A stretch of 61,941 nt of DNA, the filler included, from Vannella sp. (lineage: Eukaryota): assembly GCA_023345925.1 (NCBI GenBank). It is 5 parts of 5 records of this genome, joined end to end, with 100 filler letters (N's around TTAATTAATTAA, not from the genome) between each part and the next. Parts side by side here need not be neighbours in the genome. Positions count along the whole stretch, not along the records: positions 54,656 to 61,941 come from JAJQQN010000045.1; 4 more parts are not named here. One strand, given 5' to 3'. A model generated the notes under the pieces. The model had not been told where the DNA came from and ran no database searches. It was given only the letters and a program-made list of their open reading frames with translations. Shown here in pieces: positions 60,075-61,941 of this stretch. The translations under genes were made by a program, and so were the position numbers. Within the stretch, counting starts at the first letter, position 1; each line of letters opens with the position of its first letter.

Positions 60075-61421
60075 TTACTCAGACCAGTCGTCAGACCAGT
60101 CGTCTTCCTCGTCGTCACGAACACCAGAAACATCCCCGCGGATGCGGAGGAGAGCTTCTTGGAGGGTGGCCACAATGGAGGAGCTTTCGTCTCTCGCAAT
60201 CTCAGGGATGATTCGCTGATTGGGATCAGCGAGAGATTTCTTCTTCAACGAAAGAACGTCTTGAAAGCTGGTTGTACCCGCAATGGAGTGCATTAAAGCT
60301 TCACCAGGAGGTCCTAAAGCAGGGGCTGCAGGTGGGAGAGGGGCCATTGGTGGTGGGGCCATAGGTGGTGGCGGCGGTGCCATGGTAGGTGCAGATGGGG
60401 CCATTGGTGGACCTCCGAGGCTGATGCCCGCTTGGTTCATTGTGCTGACGAAGAGTTTGCGTGTGTCCGCGTTCTCGAGATCACTCTTCTTGACACCAGC
60501 AGCTTGGAAGAGCTTCTTCCACTCGGGAGGGATGTTGCGGATGTCAAAACCATTGTCCAAGTCCCAGCCAATGTGGCTTTCATGTTTGAACCCTGTGGGG
60601 CCTCCAATCACGAGGGCAGGCTTCACCTCCTTCTTCTTGCCAAACCCAAAGAGGCTTCTCTTCGACTTCTTCTTCTGAACCTCCTCCACAGGGCGTGGAA
60701 TGGGCGTTGTCCTCATCGGAGCATGCGCCAATGGCTCATCTGGAGCTGGGGCTGGGGCTGGTTGAAGAGCGATGGCAGGGAGAGATGGAGTGGGTGGCTG
60801 AGAAGGTGTCGGTGGCATTGCCACAGCCCGGCGTGGGGCAGAGTGAGACGGGGAGGCAGACCCTCGAGTGGAAGGAGCGTGTGCTTGGGTGGATGATTCG
60901 TGCGCATAAGTAGGTGTATGAGAACCAGGAGTGCAGCACTCTGCAGAACCTCCCATATCCTCCACACAAATCGCCAAATTCTCGACAAACGTTTCCGCTT
61001 CGTCCACTGCGGCAAAGGAGAGGCCGTACACACAGGATACACCTTCAAACTGCACGAAGAAGGGGAGAGCTTGCTTGAAGGAGAAGTTCAAGCACAGCTC
61101 TTGCTCGAAGTAGATTTGGCGGTCCTGCACACGAGCCAGTCAGCGAGTTCGTCATCATAGCGGTGCCCAGTTCAACTTACATTGACATCAGCGACACGGA
61201 TGTAGTAGAGGTCTTTCTCAATCATGAGGGATGCTGCTCCACACACTCCAGAGTATTCCCATTCGGAGCCAATGCTCGAGTAGACACGAGCAGCACCAGA
61301 ACAATAGATCTACCGTGATGTCAGTGCCCTTCAGCCCCAAGAGGTAGCTCAGACGTACCTCAGATGCTGTAGGATAGACTCCAGGAAGGGCTCTCGCTTG
61401 GGTAGTTCTCAGGGCAGGCAT
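60075..61421 (-). CDS. WASP-family actin nucleation-promoting factor (WH1-CRIB-polyPro-WCA)
   Basis: FEQEL..YGLSFA..EAETF (WH1), IGGPTGFKHESHIGWD (CRIB), poly-Pro, acidic DDEEDDWSDDWSE end. Confidence 0.92.
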
Positions 61422-61623
61422 GGCACAGAATAAACCTCCCAAAATTTCCGCTCAGCTTTTGTTCCCGACTTTTCAGCTAAATAGGTTCTTAGGGTTTACA
61501 CAGTTTCGTCTAAACCCTAAGACATGTTCAATCATTGAGTAATCATCTAGGATGAGGGAATTTATTAGAATGAACTAGACAGTCCCGAGGTTCCAGATTT
61601 TGGTGTCTTCGTGTGCAAGAAGG

Positions 61624-61941
61624 ATGCGCTTCTCCCTCTTCAGGCCGCTTTCCTCTTCGGTGAGGGTGGGGAGGAGATGCTTTTATGATGGCCCAACTTT
61701 TCAGATCGAGCTCTCCTCTCCTGTGTTGGTGAAGAAGCTCTTACATGAGCGTGGACTGGCTGGCACACCAGAAGCAGAAGAGAAGCTGCGGGATCTCTTG
61801 CAAGAGGAGATGACTTCCAAGAAGCTGTCTGTTCCTACTGCCCTTGAGCTGATGAGTGACTTTGAAGTGAGGAGATACGCAGAACACAAAAGGCTTTCCT
61901 CTGGATCGCAAGAGAGTCTCAGGGCGAGGCTTCTCTCCCTC
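61624..61941 (+). CDS. 5' part of an unknown gene with a possible SAP-like motif
   Basis: MRFSLFRPLSSS, a GTGAG..CAG intron, then a frame open to the window end (..ELMSDFEVRRYAEHKRLSSGSQESLRARLL). Confidence 0.45.
   Translation, partial: MRFSLFRPLSSSVRVGRRCFYDGPTFQIELSSPVLVKKLLHERGLAGTPEAEEKLRDLLQEEMTSKKLSVPTALELMSDFEVRRYAEHKRLSSGSQESLRARLLSL

Overview
Gene-dense eukaryotic DNA with the standard genetic code and short (mostly ~45-90 nt) GT-AG introns. Gene content suggests an amoebozoan-like protist (inference only). The window is five contigs joined by artificial 100-nt N/TTAATTAATTAA/N linkers (23705, 34253, 45443, 54556), so adjacency across a linker means nothing. About 35 genes can be supported. 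Recognisable ones: FANCI-like, GATA factor, TMEM135-like, JMJD7, Cdc34-type E2, Rab, GCAT, NT5DC, EthA-like monooxygenase, PPAN, S28 peptidase, PPR protein, ADP-ribosylglycohydrolase, RasGAP, MED12 and WASP. The most unusual locus is 36.5-45.3 kb: two C2-LCAT/PDAT acyltransferase paralogues (one with Ubl and ankyrin domains, one 5'-truncated) flank a tandem pair of atypical small GTPases that lack the G3 motif and prenylation cysteines but share an unrecognised C-terminal motif. Other notable items are an intronless RCC1 family with a conserved KSARF(L) tail and decaying copies, a Cdc34 with a CaaX box, a SAM-nitroreductase fusion, an LRR-GBD/FH3-RasGEF, and co-directional genes only 11-19 bp apart. 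All family calls come from motif recognition by eye; no database search was run. No rRNA, tRNA, CRISPR array or transposase was seen.
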